The notes: generated from the sequence alone by a model not told the origin. Shown: positions 11,201 through 22,628, numbered from the stretch's first letter. The stretch is 49,818 nucleotides of DNA from Brevibacterium luteolum (GCF_013004595.1 NZ_JABEMC010000003.1:372001-421818); one strand, 5' to 3'. Program-made: numbers and translations.

Positions 11201-11988
11201 CTTGAGCCTCCTTGTGTGCGATCGTTCTGGTCGATCAACGGGCGGTTGACGACAGAGGTGGGAATGTGGGTCGTGCAGACGTGGCCTCCGCCGGCCAGTG
11301 TCGACAGGCGGCGGACGTCGACCCCGAGGTAGTCGGAGAACATCTCGAGTTCCTGTTCGCAGAACTCGGGGTAGGCCTCGGCGACGTTCTGGATCGGGCA
11401 GTGTCCCTGGCACAGCTGCATCGCCTCCAGCGGGGTGCCGACGGCCACCGGGGTGGCCGAGGCGGCGAATCCCTCGGCGGAGAGCGCTTGGGCCAGTTCG
11501 CGGGAGCGGCTGGGAATCGTCTCGGCGTTCTGCGACAGCCTCGAGCGCAGACGCGCCCGCAGCCCTTCGACGTATTCGGCGGCGTACTCGGCGACTGCCT
11601 CACGGCCGTCCTTGCGGGCGAGGAAGTCGAGCACGTCGACGGCGAGGTCGTCGTAGCTGTGGCTGATCTCAGCGTGGCCTTCGGCGGTCACCACGTACTG
11701 GCGTGCCGGCCGGCCACGGCCGATCTTCGTCCCGGCCAGGTCGCGGACCTCGACGAGGCCCTCATCAGCCAGGGCGTCGAGGTGCCGGCGGATCGCGGCG
11801 GCGGTGAGATCCATGGACTTCGCCACCGCTGAGGCGCTGACGGGCCCCTGGTCGAGGACAGAGGCCAGCACCCGGTGCCGGGTTTTGACGTCTTCGTGTG
11901 TGCGCGACTTGCGCTGTGGAGCATGCTGGGCAGCCATGAGTTTCACCCCGCTTTCCGCCGACGATACCAGTGACTCTGCTTTAGACAA
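11197..11988 (-). CDS. sufR: Suf operon repressor SufR (HTH with Fe-S binding C-terminus); start uncertain (TTG 11988 or ATG 11937)
   Basis: [25 protein letters not shown]...EFCEQE...CTT; first gene of the suf operon. Confidence 0.9.
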   Translation of the reverse strand: MSKAESLVSSAESGVKLMAAQHAPQRKSRTHEDVKTRHRVLASVLDQGPVSASAVAKSMDLTAAAIRRHLDALADEGLVEVRDLAGTKIGRGRPARQYVVTAEGHAEISHSYDDLAVDVLDFLARKDGREAVAEYAAEYVEGLRARLRSRLSQNAETIPSRSRELAQALSAEGFAASATPVAVGTPLEAMQLCQGHCPIQNVAEAYPEFCEQELEMFSDYLGVDVRRLSTLAGGGHVCTTHIPTSVVNRPLIDQNDRTQGGSR

Positions 11989-12005
11989 CAGTATTGTGTT
12001 CTAAA
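11980..12005. promoter_or_regulatory. Imperfect palindrome, candidate SufR operator
   Basis: TTTAGA-CAACA-gtat-TGTGT-TCTAAA, an AT-rich inverted repeat at the sufR start. Confidence 0.6.
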
Positions 12006-12069
12006 TTGTTCCATGTAAACAAAGGGCACCCTAAAGTGTCGGCTCTCGGGCACGGCTACGATGGTACGC

Positions 12070-13011
12070 GTGTCTGACACCCCTGCATCGCCTGCACCGC
12101 TCACCATCGACGGCCTGGCCTTCTCCTACCGCACCGGCCAGCGCGCCGTCGACGAGGTCTCCCTGCGTGCCGATGCCGGGACCGTCCACGCGATCCTCGG
12201 ACCCAACGGCGCGGGGAAGTCGACGACCATCGCCTGTGCCGTCGGACTGCACCGGCCGAGTGCCGGCACGGTGCGCATCTTCGGCCGCGATCCCGTCGCC
12301 GAACACACCTTCACCGCAGGGCTGACCGGCGTCATGCTCCAAGACGGCGGCCTGCCGATGGCCGCCCGCCCGCTGGCGGTGCTCACGCACCTCTCACGCC
12401 TGTACGCCTCCCCTCTCGACGTCACAGAGCTTGCCGAGCGGCTGGGCATCACCTCGTTTTCCGACCGGTCGATCCGGCGCCTATCCGGAGGGCAGCGCCA
12501 GCGCGTCGGGCTGGCCGCAGCCCTCATCGGCCGGCCGCGCCTGCTGTTCCTCGACGAGCCGACCGCCGGCCTCGACCCGCAGGCCGCGCTCGTCGTCCAC
12601 GAAGTCATCGACGAGCAGCGCCGAGCCGGTGCCTGCGTCGTCCTCACCACTCACGACATGGACGACGCCCAGCAGCTGGCCGATGAGATCACCATCATCG
12701 ACCACGGCCGCGTCATCGCCGCCGGCACACCGCGTCAGCTCATGAACGGCGGCGGCAACCGGATGCTGCGCATCGTCACCGAGACTCCCCTGCCTGCTGA
12801 GGTGCGCTGCGGACTCGCAGCCCACGGCACCGTCGACCAGGCTCCCGGGGATACAGCGACCACGCTGCTGCGCGGGGACATCACACCTGCCGACCTCGCT
12901 GCGATCACCAGGCTGCTGGCAGACCACGATGTCGCCTGCGAGGAGTTCGCCGTCACCGGCCGCACCCTCAACGACGTCTTCCTCGACCTGACCGGAAGGA
13001 GCCTGCGGTGA
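12070..13011 (+). CDS. ABC transporter ATP-binding protein (DrrA-like exporter)
   Basis: GPNGAGKST, LSGGQRQR, LDEPTAGLD; GTG 12070 lies 7 nt after TACGAT (alternative start ATG 12061). Confidence 0.9.
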   Translation: MSDTPASPAPLTIDGLAFSYRTGQRAVDEVSLRADAGTVHAILGPNGAGKSTTIACAVGLHRPSAGTVRIFGRDPVAEHTFTAGLTGVMLQDGGLPMAARPLAVLTHLSRLYASPLDVTELAERLGITSFSDRSIRRLSGGQRQRVGLAAALIGRPRLLFLDEPTAGLDPQAALVVHEVIDEQRRAGACVVLTTHDMDDAQQLADEITIIDHGRVIAAGTPRQLMNGGGNRMLRIVTETPLPAEVRCGLAAHGTVDQAPGDTATTLLRGDITPADLAAITRLLADHDVACEEFAVTGRTLNDVFLDLTGRSLR

Positions 13012-13808
13012 CCGATCCGACACCCCAGACCACCACCTCGGGCGCGGTGACGACCGCCTCGGGCCCGGCACCGGCCAGCGCGCGGGTCCGGGCGCAGGCT
13101 GCTTTCGAGATCCGCACGTTCCTGCAGAACGGTGAACAGCTGCTCGTCTCGATCATCCTGCCAGCGATCATCCTCTTCGGCCTGGCGACCACCTCGATCC
13201 TCGAGGCGCTCGGCGTCGACCTGGGCGGCCGCCGGCCTGTCGACGTCGCCACCGCCGGGGTGCTGAGCCTGGCGATCGGCTCAAGTGCGTTCACCGGGCA
13301 GGCGATCGCCACCGCTTTCGACCGCCGCTATGGGGTGCTGCGGCAGCTGGCGACCACTCCCCTGGGTGTGCGCGGGCTCATCGCCGGGAAATTCATCGCC
13401 ACCTGCTGCGTCGTCGTCATCCAGTTCGTCCTCATCGCCGTGCTCGCACTCGTGCTCGGCTTCGACAGCGGTGTGCACATCCTCGGTGTTGTGCTCACCG
13501 CGTTCCTCGGCACGGCGATGTTCCTCGTGTGGGGACTCGTCATGGCCGGAACCATCCGCGCGGAGGCGACTCTGGCGCTGGCGAACCTGCTGTGGGTGCT
13601 CATGGCCTCACTCGGCGGGCTGCTGCTCACTCACCCCGGCACCTGGGGTGCGATCGTGTCCTGGCTGCCCTCCGGGGCCCTGGGCGATGCGATGCGCACG
13701 GCCGTGCTCACCAGCGGTATCGACGTCACCGCGCTGGCGGTCATGGCCGCCTGGACACTCGTGGGTATTGTCACAGGGGTCCGGTTCTTCTCCTTCGATG
13801 CCAAATGA
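13008..13808 (+). CDS. ABC-2 type transporter permease
   Basis: About six hydrophobic segments; AFTGQAIATAFDRRYGVL motif; start overlaps the ATPase stop. Confidence 0.9.
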   Translation: MTDPTPQTTTSGAVTTASGPAPASARVRAQAAFEIRTFLQNGEQLLVSIILPAIILFGLATTSILEALGVDLGGRRPVDVATAGVLSLAIGSSAFTGQAIATAFDRRYGVLRQLATTPLGVRGLIAGKFIATCCVVVIQFVLIAVLALVLGFDSGVHILGVVLTAFLGTAMFLVWGLVMAGTIRAEATLALANLLWVLMASLGGLLLTHPGTWGAIVSWLPSGALGDAMRTAVLTSGIDVTALAVMAAWTLVGIVTGVRFFSFDAK

Positions 13809-13820
13809 GATAATCGGCAC

Positions 13821-14831
13821 ATGACCGCCACGACCTCACAGCCGGCGGCAGAGCGCACCAGCTTCGCCTCCCGGTTCATGCCCCGCCAGCCCAACCGATT
13901 CATCCGCGCCGTTGCGTGGATCATGCTGCTGGCCCAGTCCGGGATCATCATGACCGGCGGCACGGTCAGGCTCACCGGCTCCGGGCTCGGCTGCCCGACG
14001 TGGCCGCGCTGCACCGAGGACTCGCTGACGAACACCCCGGAGATGGGCATCCACGGTTACATCGAGTTCGGCAACCGGGTGCTGGCGATCTTCCTCGGCC
14101 TGTACTGCATCTTCACCCTCATCGCGGTGTGGCGGATGCGCCGAACCCGCCCGGAGATCTTCTGGTCGGTCATCGCTCTTGCCCTCATCGTCGTCTCGCA
14201 GGCGGTCGTCGGCGGCATCAGCGTGCGCATGCAGCTCAATCCGTGGATCGTCGCCAGCCACTTCGTGCCCTCGGCGATCGCCGTGGCGATCTCAGCGTTC
14301 ATGCTCAGGCGCACCGGTGATGCCGGCCGGCCGGCGACACCGCTGGGCACACCCGGTCTGTGGATGATCGGCTGGGTGATCGGCGGGCTCACCGCCCTCG
14401 TCGTCATCCTCGGAGTGCTCGTCACCGGTGCCGGCCCGCATGCCGGCGATGCGCTCAGCGCCCGCAACGGCTTCGACACCGTCATCATCTCCCGCCTCCA
14501 CGCGATCCCGGTCTGGATCCTCGTGGCGGCCACGATCGCAGCCGTGCTCATGGCCCGTCGCCAGGGCCTGACCTTCCCGGCCAAGGCCTTCACGGTGCTG
14601 CTCGTCATCGAACTCGCCCAGGGCGTCATCGGCTACATCCAGTACTTCACCGGCCTGCCCGAGCTGCTCGTCGCAGCCCACCTGCTCGGCGTGTGCTTCA
14701 TGGTCGCCGCCACAACAGTCGCCGTCGACTCCCTCTACCGCCGCCCAGCACTCCGCGACGCCGAGCCTGCGGCACCGGCTGCCGAGAACCGGGACGCAGC
14801 GCTCACAGCTTCGTCTCGAATGCCCTCTTGA
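13821..14831 (+). CDS. ctaA: Heme A synthase (COX15/CtaA family)
   Basis: GGTVRLTGSGLGCPTWPRC, IEFGNR, conserved His in ASHF, RLHA and AAHL; multi-TM. Confidence 0.9.
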   Translation: MTATTSQPAAERTSFASRFMPRQPNRFIRAVAWIMLLAQSGIIMTGGTVRLTGSGLGCPTWPRCTEDSLTNTPEMGIHGYIEFGNRVLAIFLGLYCIFTLIAVWRMRRTRPEIFWSVIALALIVVSQAVVGGISVRMQLNPWIVASHFVPSAIAVAISAFMLRRTGDAGRPATPLGTPGLWMIGWVIGGLTALVVILGVLVTGAGPHAGDALSARNGFDTVIISRLHAIPVWILVAATIAAVLMARRQGLTFPAKAFTVLLVIELAQGVIGYIQYFTGLPELLVAAHLLGVCFMVAATTVAVDSLYRRPALRDAEPAAPAAENRDAALTASSRMPS

Positions 14832-16419
14832 GCACCCGGTCGGCGTCCTTGAGCGATGCCTCCGTGTGGTGCAGCTGAGTGCCGAACAGCACCCCATAGG
14901 TGAATGACGGATGCCCGTCCTCCTCGGCCCGGCGCCCCAGCTGCTGGATCCATTCGCGGGCGACGGCGGCGTCGTTGAGCTCACCGTAGTGCTCGGTGAC
15001 CGCCTCCCACGCCTCAGCCGCCTCGGCGGCAGGCTTGCCGAGTGCCAGTGACAGCGCCTCGCAGACGTAGCGGACGACCTTGGCCTTCTTGCGCACTTCG
15101 TGCCGGTGGACGAGCTGCTCCGCGCCCGAGGTGGTGCGCACCTTGCGCTGCTGTCGGCGCACCTTGGCGATCGCCTCGTCGAGCATCGGCCGATACGCCT
15201 TGCCGGTCGGTGCGGTCGCGTCCCAGCCGGGGTTGAACGGCGGGTCCTCCAGCCAGTGCTGGAGGGAGGCGAGCAGCTTGCGGTAGCGCGCTGTCGACAG
15301 GGTGCGCTTGACGTTGGAGACCGATTTGCGGTGATGGGCGGTGAGCATCTGCGTCATCTGCTCGGCCACCCCGTCGGTGATCGCCTCGGCAGGCAGGTCG
15401 TCGAGAAGGCGCGGGAGCCGTTCGAGCTGCACTTCGGCATCGCGGGCGTAGCCGAGCCGGGTGGCGAACCATTTGAGCTCCTCGCGCAGCCGGGTGACGG
15501 AGTTGGCGTCGAAGAGCGGGGCGAAGGTCTTGAGGATGCTGCGCAGCCGCCGGGAGGCCACCCGGGCCTTGTGCACGGCATCCGGGGCGTCGACGGCGAC
15601 GTCCTGCTCGCGGTGCTGCAGCACGCCGATGTGCTCGGCCATCGCGGCGAGCACCGTCTCGACCAGCGGTGACTTGCGGGTCAGCGTCCGCTTGGCTGCC
15701 AGCTGGGGCGCTGTGCCGAGCGCGCGGGCGAGCTTCGAGGGGGCCTCAGCCGGTTCGATGCCGGCTGCGGTGAAGACCTCGGCGATCCCGTCGAGCAGCG
15801 CCTGCCCAGTGCCGGCCTCGACGAGCTCGACTTCGAGTTCGCGCCACTCAGACCGGGCTGCGGCCACACCCGGGCGGGCGAAGCGCACGGCGGTGACGTG
15901 ATCGTCGCTGAGCTCAGCCACAGCCGGGTCGCCGGCGCGTTCGGCCAGCAGCGTGGTGGTGCGGGCGGTGCTGAGCAGGGCGACCGGGATGAGCGGCACC
16001 TGCCCGACTTCCTCACGGACCACGGCGAGCAGTTCGGCAGGCACGCGGAGCTCGTCGCCGTCGGACAGGTCCACGTGCATCTCGGTGCGGGCGCTGCCGG
16101 CCGGCAGCTTGAGGTGCCAGCCGGCATCCGTGCCGCCGGTGCGCCGGCGCAGGGTGAGCTTCGCGCGCGAGAGCTGGAAGTCCGGGGAGTCGAAGTACAC
16201 GGCATCAAGCTGCATCGACTCCCCGCCGACCTCATGTGCCAGGCCGGAGAGGTCGGGGATCGGCTGCTCGGGAGCCGGGGCGAACTTCAGCTCCTCTTCG
16301 GTCGCGACGCTGACCCGTTCGGACTCTGCAGCGGCGACCACCGCCTCGGCGGCGGGGCCAGCGGCGGCGTCAGACTCGGCGACATCGGAATCGGCAGGGG
16401 AACCAGCGTGCTCGCTCAC
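14803..16419 (-). CDS. CYTH + CHAD domain protein (triphosphate tunnel metalloenzyme / polyphosphate-binding)
   Basis: EEELKF (ExExK), LRRRTGG..AGWHLKLP, ELEVEL; CHAD motifs VHKARVASRRLRS, HEVRKKAK, GELND; GGAG SD before GTG 16419. Confidence 0.88.
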   Translation of the reverse strand: MSEHAGSPADSDVAESDAAAGPAAEAVVAAAESERVSVATEEELKFAPAPEQPIPDLSGLAHEVGGESMQLDAVYFDSPDFQLSRAKLTLRRRTGGTDAGWHLKLPAGSARTEMHVDLSDGDELRVPAELLAVVREEVGQVPLIPVALLSTARTTTLLAERAGDPAVAELSDDHVTAVRFARPGVAAARSEWRELEVELVEAGTGQALLDGIAEVFTAAGIEPAEAPSKLARALGTAPQLAAKRTLTRKSPLVETVLAAMAEHIGVLQHREQDVAVDAPDAVHKARVASRRLRSILKTFAPLFDANSVTRLREELKWFATRLGYARDAEVQLERLPRLLDDLPAEAITDGVAEQMTQMLTAHHRKSVSNVKRTLSTARYRKLLASLQHWLEDPPFNPGWDATAPTGKAYRPMLDEAIAKVRRQQRKVRTTSGAEQLVHRHEVRKKAKVVRYVCEALSLALGKPAAEAAEAWEAVTEHYGELNDAAVAREWIQQLGRRAEEDGHPSFTYGVLFGTQLHHTEASLKDADRVLKRAFETKL

Positions 16420-16549
16420 AGACTCTCCAGTGCTCGTTGCGCCGCAGCGTCGGGGTTCGGTGCGGTCGGTGCTTGAAGTATATCGGCCCCCGGACACGAC
16501 TCAGGCCCGGCATCGGAGCCGGACCTGAGATGAGAGCTGGAGTGGTGCG

Positions 16550-17536
16550 TCAGCCGAAGAACGGGTTGAAGAACGGGTCGACGGCGACGGCGAGGAACAG
16601 CACCGACAGGTAGGTGATCGAGCCGTGGAAGACCTTCATGGCGCGCAGCTGGGTGCCGGAGAAGCCCTTCTTCGCTCGCTTGACGAGGGCGTAGCACTGG
16701 TACATGAACCAGGCGCCTGCCAGTACAGCGGTGGCGATGTAGATCGGGCCCATCGGGGCGACCGGGATGAGCGCGAGGCTGGCGGCGACCATTGCCCAGC
16801 CGTACCAGATGATCTGCCGGCCCACGCTCGTCGGCGGGACCTTCGACGGCAGCATCGGCACGCCGGCGGCGTCGTAGTCGGCCTTGTACTTGATGGCCAG
16901 CGGCCAGTAGTGCGGCGGCGTCCAGAAGAACACGACGAGGAACAGGATGAACGGCTCCCAGCTGACCGAACCGGTGACAGCCGACCAGCCGATGAGCACC
17001 GGCATGCAGCCGGCGGCGCCGCCCCAGACGATGTTCTGGGTGGTGTGGCGCTTGAGCATGATCGTGTAGAAGACGACGTAGAGCAGGATCGCGGTGGCGG
17101 TCAGGCCGGCGGCGACCCAGTTGGTGAAGCCGCCCATCCAGAAGATCGAGCCGATGCCGAGCGCGAAGGCGAAGACGAGCGCCTCACGGGCGGAGACCTC
17201 ACCGGTGACGAGCGGGCGGTTCTCGGTCCGGTGCATCTTCGCATCGATGTCGCGGTCGAGATAGCAGTTGAAGACGTTCGCCGAGGCGGCGGCAGCAGAA
17301 CCGCCGATGAGGGTGGTGAGCACGAGCCACAGGCTCGGCAGGCCCTGGGCGGCGAGGAACATCACCGGGGCGGTGGTGACGAGCAGCAACTCGATGATGC
17401 GCGGCTTCGTCAGCGCGATGAAGGCCATGAACCGGCTGCGGGGCTTCGACCCACGCGTCGTCTCATCGGCGATCCGCTGCAGCGGCTTCTCCTCAGAGAG
17501 GGCGGCACGGTTCTGGTCGGCAGTCACGTCGCTCAA
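16550..17536 (-). CDS. ctaB: Heme O synthase (protoheme IX farnesyltransferase, CtaB/CyoE)
   Basis: LTKPRII, DRDIDAKMHRT..RPL, NIVWGGAAGC, WTPPHYW. Confidence 0.94.
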   Translation of the reverse strand: MSDVTADQNRAALSEEKPLQRIADETTRGSKPRSRFMAFIALTKPRIIELLLVTTAPVMFLAAQGLPSLWLVLTTLIGGSAAAASANVFNCYLDRDIDAKMHRTENRPLVTGEVSAREALVFAFALGIGSIFWMGGFTNWVAAGLTATAILLYVVFYTIMLKRHTTQNIVWGGAAGCMPVLIGWSAVTGSVSWEPFILFLVVFFWTPPHYWPLAIKYKADYDAAGVPMLPSKVPPTSVGRQIIWYGWAMVAASLALIPVAPMGPIYIATAVLAGAWFMYQCYALVKRAKKGFSGTQLRAMKVFHGSITYLSVLFLAVAVDPFFNPFFG

Positions 17537-17824
17537 GTCACTTCCTCATTCGAACAGGGGCGAGGCTGTTCAGCTGCGCTTTGGGCGGCTGTCAGCCAAC
17601 GGACATTATTCTACTCGTCGTCGAGTTAAATTCCACTTCCGCCCGCTGCCGCCGTGTCCGCCTGCTGCCAGACTTCGTGCGTGGTCAGCCGGTGTACGCG
17701 CGCGCCGTGTGTGAGGTATCTGTCAGCCGGTGCCGAAAGGGGGCCTGCGCGGTTCCGCGCAGCTCATCTCGGCGGGTAGAGTCGGTGGTGGATTACCGTT
17801 GATGAGAAGGATTGATTCACTCAC

Positions 17825-19903
17825 ATGAGCTCCCTCCCCTGGTTCGCTGCGGACCGCACTGCAGTTGACACTGCCCGCCTGCTCGCTGCCGATGCCGTGC
17901 AGAAGGCCGGCAACGGTCATCCCGGCACGGCGATGAGCCTGGCTCCGGTCGCCTACTACCTCTATCAGCATGCGATGGTCCACGACCCGGCGGACCCGCA
18001 GTGGATCGGCCGTGACCGCTTCGTCCTCTCTGCCGGTCACTCCAGCCTGACCCAGTACGTCCAGCTCTACCTCAGCGGCTACGGCCTCGAACTCGGCGAT
18101 CTCAAGGCGCTGCGCCAGTGGGGCTCCCTGACTCCCGGCCACCCGGAGGTCGGCCACACCGACGGTGTGGAGATCACCACCGGCCCGCTCGGCTCGGGAC
18201 TGGCCTCCGCAGTCGGCATGGCGATGGCCGCACGCCGCGAACGCGGCCTCTTCGATCCTGACACTGCTGCCGGTGAGTCGGTTTTCGATCACCGCGTCTT
18301 CGTCATCGCCGGTGACGGCGACCTGCAGGAGGGCGTGTCTTCAGAGGCATCCTCCCTGGCCGGCACCCAGAACCTCGGCAACCTCATCGTCATCTGGGAC
18401 GACAACCGCATCTCGATCGAGGACGACACCTCGATCGCCTTCACCGAGGACGTCTCCGCCCGCTACGAGGCCTACGGCTGGCACGTCCAGCACGTCGACT
18501 TCCTGAACGACGGTGACTACACCGAGGACATCGACGCCCTGCACGCCGCTGTCGAGGCCGCCAAGGCCGATCCGCGCCCGTCGTTCATCCGCCTGTCGAC
18601 GATCATCGCCTGGCCGAGCCCGACCGCTCAGGGCACCGGCGCCTCCCACGGCGCGGCCCTCGGCGCTGAGGAGATCGCAGCGACGAAGAAGATCCTCGGC
18701 TTCGACCCAGAGGCCGACTTCGCCGTCGACGACGATGTCCTCGCCCATGCCCGCCAGGTCCGCGACCGCGGAGCCGAAGCGCACGCCGATTGGTCGAAGC
18801 GCTTCGAGCAGTGGCGCAGCGAGCAGCCCGATCGCGCCGCTCTGCTCGACCGGCTGGTCTCCGGTGAGCTGCCGGAGAACCTGGATGAGCTGTTCCCGGT
18901 CTTCGACGCCGATGCCAAGGGTGTGGCCACCCGTGCGGCCTCCGGAAAGGTGCTCAACGCGATCGCCGAGGCACTGCCGGAGCTGTGGGGCGGTTCGGCT
19001 GACCTCGCCGGCTCGAACAACACACTCATCAAGGACGCCGCCTCCTTCCTGCCGCCGGAGCGCAGCTCGGAGATGTTCTCAGGCGAGCTCTACGGACGTA
19101 ACCTGCACTTCGGCATCCGCGAGTTCGCCGCGGGCCTCATCTGCAACGGCATCGCCCTGCACGGCCCGACCCGCCCGTACAACGGCACCTTCCTCGTCTT
19201 CTCCGACTACCAGCGCCCGGCCGTCCGCCTGGCCGCACTGCAGCAGGTGCCCAACATCTTCGTGTGGACCCACGACTCGATCGGCCTAGGCGAGGACGGC
19301 CCGACCCACCAGCCGGTCGAGCACCTGTCCTCGCTGCGCGCGATCCCCGGCCTCGACGTCGTGCGTCCCGCCGATGCCAACGAGACCGCCGAGGCGTGGA
19401 AGCAGATCCTCAAACGCGCTGACGGGCCCTCCGGCCTCGTCCTCACCCGCCAGGCCGTCCCGGTGCTCGACCGCACCGCCCTGGCCCCCGCCTCGGAGAC
19501 GGCCAAGGGCGGCTACATCCTCAAGGACTGCACCGGCACCCCGGATGTCATCCTGCTCGCCTCCGGCTCGGAGGTCGAGATCGCCCTGGCTGCCGCCGAG
19601 ACGCTGGCCGAGCAGGGCCGCGCCGTGCGCGTCGTCTCGATGCCGTGCTTCGAATGGTTCGCCGCCCAGGACGAGAACTACCGCAACTCGGTGCTGCCGG
19701 CAGAGGTCCACGCGCGGGTCAGCGTCGAGGCCGGTACCGCCCAGAGCTGGCACCAGTTCCTCGGCACCTACGGCCGGGCTGTCTCGCTGGAGCACTTCGG
19801 CGCCTCGGCTGACTACAAGCGCCTGTACGAGGAGTTCGGCATCACCGCCGAAGCCGTCGTCGCAGCAGCAGAAGACAGCATCTCAGCAGTGGAAGGACGA
19901 TGA
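17825..19903 (+). CDS. tkt: Transketolase
   Basis: [25 protein letters not shown] (TPP motif), [12 protein letters not shown]. Confidence 0.97.
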   Translation: MSSLPWFAADRTAVDTARLLAADAVQKAGNGHPGTAMSLAPVAYYLYQHAMVHDPADPQWIGRDRFVLSAGHSSLTQYVQLYLSGYGLELGDLKALRQWGSLTPGHPEVGHTDGVEITTGPLGSGLASAVGMAMAARRERGLFDPDTAAGESVFDHRVFVIAGDGDLQEGVSSEASSLAGTQNLGNLIVIWDDNRISIEDDTSIAFTEDVSARYEAYGWHVQHVDFLNDGDYTEDIDALHAAVEAAKADPRPSFIRLSTIIAWPSPTAQGTGASHGAALGAEEIAATKKILGFDPEADFAVDDDVLAHARQVRDRGAEAHADWSKRFEQWRSEQPDRAALLDRLVSGELPENLDELFPVFDADAKGVATRAASGKVLNAIAEALPELWGGSADLAGSNNTLIKDAASFLPPERSSEMFSGELYGRNLHFGIREFAAGLICNGIALHGPTRPYNGTFLVFSDYQRPAVRLAALQQVPNIFVWTHDSIGLGEDGPTHQPVEHLSSLRAIPGLDVVRPADANETAEAWKQILKRADGPSGLVLTRQAVPVLDRTALAPASETAKGGYILKDCTGTPDVILLASGSEVEIALAAAETLAEQGRAVRVVSMPCFEWFAAQDENYRNSVLPAEVHARVSVEAGTAQSWHQFLGTYGRAVSLEHFGASADYKRLYEEFGITAEAVVAAAEDSISAVEGR

Positions 19904-21012
19904 TGACTGATCGACTCGCCCAGCTCAGCCGCGCCGGGGTCTCGGTGTGGCTCGACGACCTGTCCCGCGGCCGGATTACCTCCGGGTCGCTCGGCTCGCT
20001 CATCGTCGACAGGAGCGTTGTGGGTGTGACGACGAACCCGACGATCTTCGCCGCCGCGCTGGCCGACGGCGAAGCCTACGATGCGCAAGTCCGCGAGCTT
20101 GCTGCCTTCGGCGCCAGTGTCGACGAGGCCATCGATGCGCTCACCTGTCACGACGTTGCGCAGGCCGCCGACATCCTCGCACCGATCTACCGGGCCTCCG
20201 GCGGCGTCGACGGACGGGTGTCGATCGAGGTGCCTCCCCTTCTCGCGCACGACACCGAGGGGACCGTCGAGTGTGCGCGCAAGCTGTGGGAGATGATCGA
20301 CCGGCCGAACATCCTCATCAAGATCCCCGCCACCGAGGAGGGCATGCTCGCCATCGCCCGCACCCTCGGTGAGGGCATCAGCGTCAACGTCACCCTCATC
20401 TTCGCTCTCGACCGCTACCGGAAGGTCGTCGAGGCGTTCATCAGCGGTCTCGAACGCGCCCGCGAGGCCGGCCGCGACATCTCCCGCATCCACTCGGTCG
20501 CCTCGATCTTCGTCTCCCGCGTCGATTCGGAGATCGACAAGCGCCTCGATGCCATCGGCTCGGAGAAGGCGCTGAGCCTCAAGGGCAAGGCCGGCATCGC
20601 GAACTGCCGCCTGGCCTACGAGATCTGCACGCAGCTGTTCGACAGTGAGCGCTGGGACGTCCTCGAGGCTGCCGGTGCGCACCGCCAGCGGCCGCTGTGG
20701 GCGTCGACGGGCACCAAGGATCCTGCCTACCCTGACACGCTCTATGTCAGCGAGCTCGTCACCGAGGGTGTGGTCAACACGATGCCGGAGAAGACCCTGG
20801 AGGCCTTCGCCGACCATGGTGAGCTGCACGGCGACACGGTCGTCGATCGGCACACCGAGGCCGATGAGCTCTTCGACACGCTGGCGATCATGGGCATCGA
20901 CTACGCCGAGGTGATGGACGTCCTTGAGCGAGAGGGCCTGGAGAAGTTCGACGCCAGCTGGGCAGAACTCGTCGAGACCGTCACCCAGCAGCTTGAAGGA
21001 GCACAGTCATGA
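19900..21012 (+). CDS. tal: Transaldolase (actinobacterial type)
   Basis: [40 protein letters not shown]. Confidence 0.96.
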   Translation: MMTDRLAQLSRAGVSVWLDDLSRGRITSGSLGSLIVDRSVVGVTTNPTIFAAALADGEAYDAQVRELAAFGASVDEAIDALTCHDVAQAADILAPIYRASGGVDGRVSIEVPPLLAHDTEGTVECARKLWEMIDRPNILIKIPATEEGMLAIARTLGEGISVNVTLIFALDRYRKVVEAFISGLERAREAGRDISRIHSVASIFVSRVDSEIDKRLDAIGSEKALSLKGKAGIANCRLAYEICTQLFDSERWDVLEAAGAHRQRPLWASTGTKDPAYPDTLYVSELVTEGVVNTMPEKTLEAFADHGELHGDTVVDRHTEADELFDTLAIMGIDYAEVMDVLEREGLEKFDASWAELVETVTQQLEGAQS

Positions 21013-22628
21013 CACTGTCATTCGGCTATCCCTCCCCCGCCGAATTCGAGGACGAGGTCCGCGATCTCGTCACCGCCCGCACCGCCTCGCGCATCGCCTC
21101 CGGTGATGCCACGCTGTGGGGCGACGCCGCCGAGGCGGAGGCCTCCAAGCGGCTGGGCTGGGTGGGCCTGCCGGAATCGTCAGTCGAGCTGCTCGACGAG
21201 ATCGAGAAGCTGCGCGCCGAGCTCGCCGCCGAGGGCATCGACCATGTCACCCTCTGCGGCATGGGCGGCTCATCGCTGGCCCCTGAGGTCATCTGCGCCA
21301 CCGCGGGTGTGTTCCTCGAAGTCGTCGACACCACCGATCCCGGCCAGATCGCCGAAGCCATCGGCACGGACCTGCAGCGCAGTGTTGTCGTCGTGGCATC
21401 GAAGTCAGGCTCGACGATCGAGACCGAGGCGCAGCGCCGTGCCTTCGCCGAGGCGTTCGAGGCCGCCGGCATTCCAGCCGCCTCCCGCATGGTCGTCGTC
21501 ACCGATCCCGGATCGCCGCTGGCGCAGCTGGCCGAGCAGGAAGGCTACCGCAAGGTCTTCTACGCTGATCCGCGCGTCGGCGGCCGGTTCTCCGCTCTCA
21601 GTGCCTTCGGCCTCGTGCCGGCCGGCCTGGCCGGCGCCGACATCGCCGGACTGCTCGCTGAGGCGCGCGAGATCGCTCCGCAGCTTGAACACGACTCACC
21701 GGACAACCCTGCCGTCCAGCTCGGCGCGTTCCTCGGTGTTGCCCACGCCCGGGAGACCGACAAGCTCGTCATCGCCCGCACCACCTCCTCGATCGTTGGT
21801 CTGGGCGCCTGGCTGGAGCAGCTGCTGGCCGAATCGACCGGCAAGGACGGCGAGGGCATCCTCCCGGTCGTCGTCGAAGGACCGGACGCACCCGGCTTCT
21901 CCGACGCGCGGGCTGATGCGATGCTGCTGTTCGTCGGTGAAGTCACCGGTGAGGCCACTCCCCCGTCGGGCTTCGCCTGTGCGGTCGACTATCCGCTGGG
22001 GGCGCAGTTCCTGCTGTGGGAGTACACCACCGCCATCACCGGCTACAGCATCGGCATCAATCCCTTCGACCAGCCCGATGTCGAGGCGGCGAAGGCCAGT
22101 GCACGCGCACTGCTGGAATCCGATTCGCCGATCGACAGCGAAGAGCCGCTGTTCACTGTCGGCTCCGTCGAGGTCTACGGCTCACCGCACCTGCTCGAGG
22201 GTGTCGACACGCTCGAAGAGGCGCTGCGCGCCCTGGCGGCCGCAGCTGACGAATACGGATACCTGGCAGTCCAGGCCTTCCTCGACCGGATCAGCGACCG
22301 GCGTGCCGAGCTCATCCGGCAGGCGGCCGCGCTGCGCACCGGACTGCAGACGACTTTCGGCTACGGGCCGCGCTATCTGCACTCGACGGGCCAGTACCAC
22401 AAGGGCGGACGCCCCAACGGTGTGTTCCTGCAGATCACCGGCAGCCCACGGGCTGATGTGCTGATTCCGGGCGAATCGTACAGCTTCGGTCAGCTGCAGG
22501 CCGCGCAGGCCGCCGGTGACGCCGATGTGCTCACCGATCGCGGCCGGCCGGTGCTGCGTCTGCATCTGCGCGATCGTGCGCAGGGCATCGCTGACATCCT
22601 CGCTGCGTTCGGCTTCGAGGACGTGTGA
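21009..22628 (+). CDS. pgi: Glucose-6-phosphate isomerase (SIS-type)
   Basis: [52 protein letters not shown]. Confidence 0.9.
   Translation: MTLSFGYPSPAEFEDEVRDLVTARTASRIASGDATLWGDAAEAEASKRLGWVGLPESSVELLDEIEKLRAELAAEGIDHVTLCGMGGSSLAPEVICATAGVFLEVVDTTDPGQIAEAIGTDLQRSVVVVASKSGSTIETEAQRRAFAEAFEAAGIPAASRMVVVTDPGSPLAQLAEQEGYRKVFYADPRVGGRFSALSAFGLVPAGLAGADIAGLLAEAREIAPQLEHDSPDNPAVQLGAFLGVAHARETDKLVIARTTSSIVGLGAWLEQLLAESTGKDGEGILPVVVEGPDAPGFSDARADAMLLFVGEVTGEATPPSGFACAVDYPLGAQFLLWEYTTAITGYSIGINPFDQPDVEAAKASARALLESDSPIDSEEPLFTVGSVEVYGSPHLLEGVDTLEEALRALAAAADEYGYLAVQAFLDRISDRRAELIRQAAALRTGLQTTFGYGPRYLHSTGQYHKGGRPNGVFLQITGSPRADVLIPGESYSFGQLQAAQAAGDADVLTDRGRPVLRLHLRDRAQGIADILAAFGFEDV

Noticed and set aside
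16478..16500. TGTCCGGG upstream of TATACT at the CYTH-CHAD promoter as a third PafBC motif
   Set aside because: Spacer is 6 nt rather than 8 and the upstream element has mismatches
17710..17725. TGTGA-ggtatc-TGTCA in the ctaB/tkt intergenic region as a CRP/GlxR site
   Set aside because: The second half-site matches TCACA at only 3 of 5 positions
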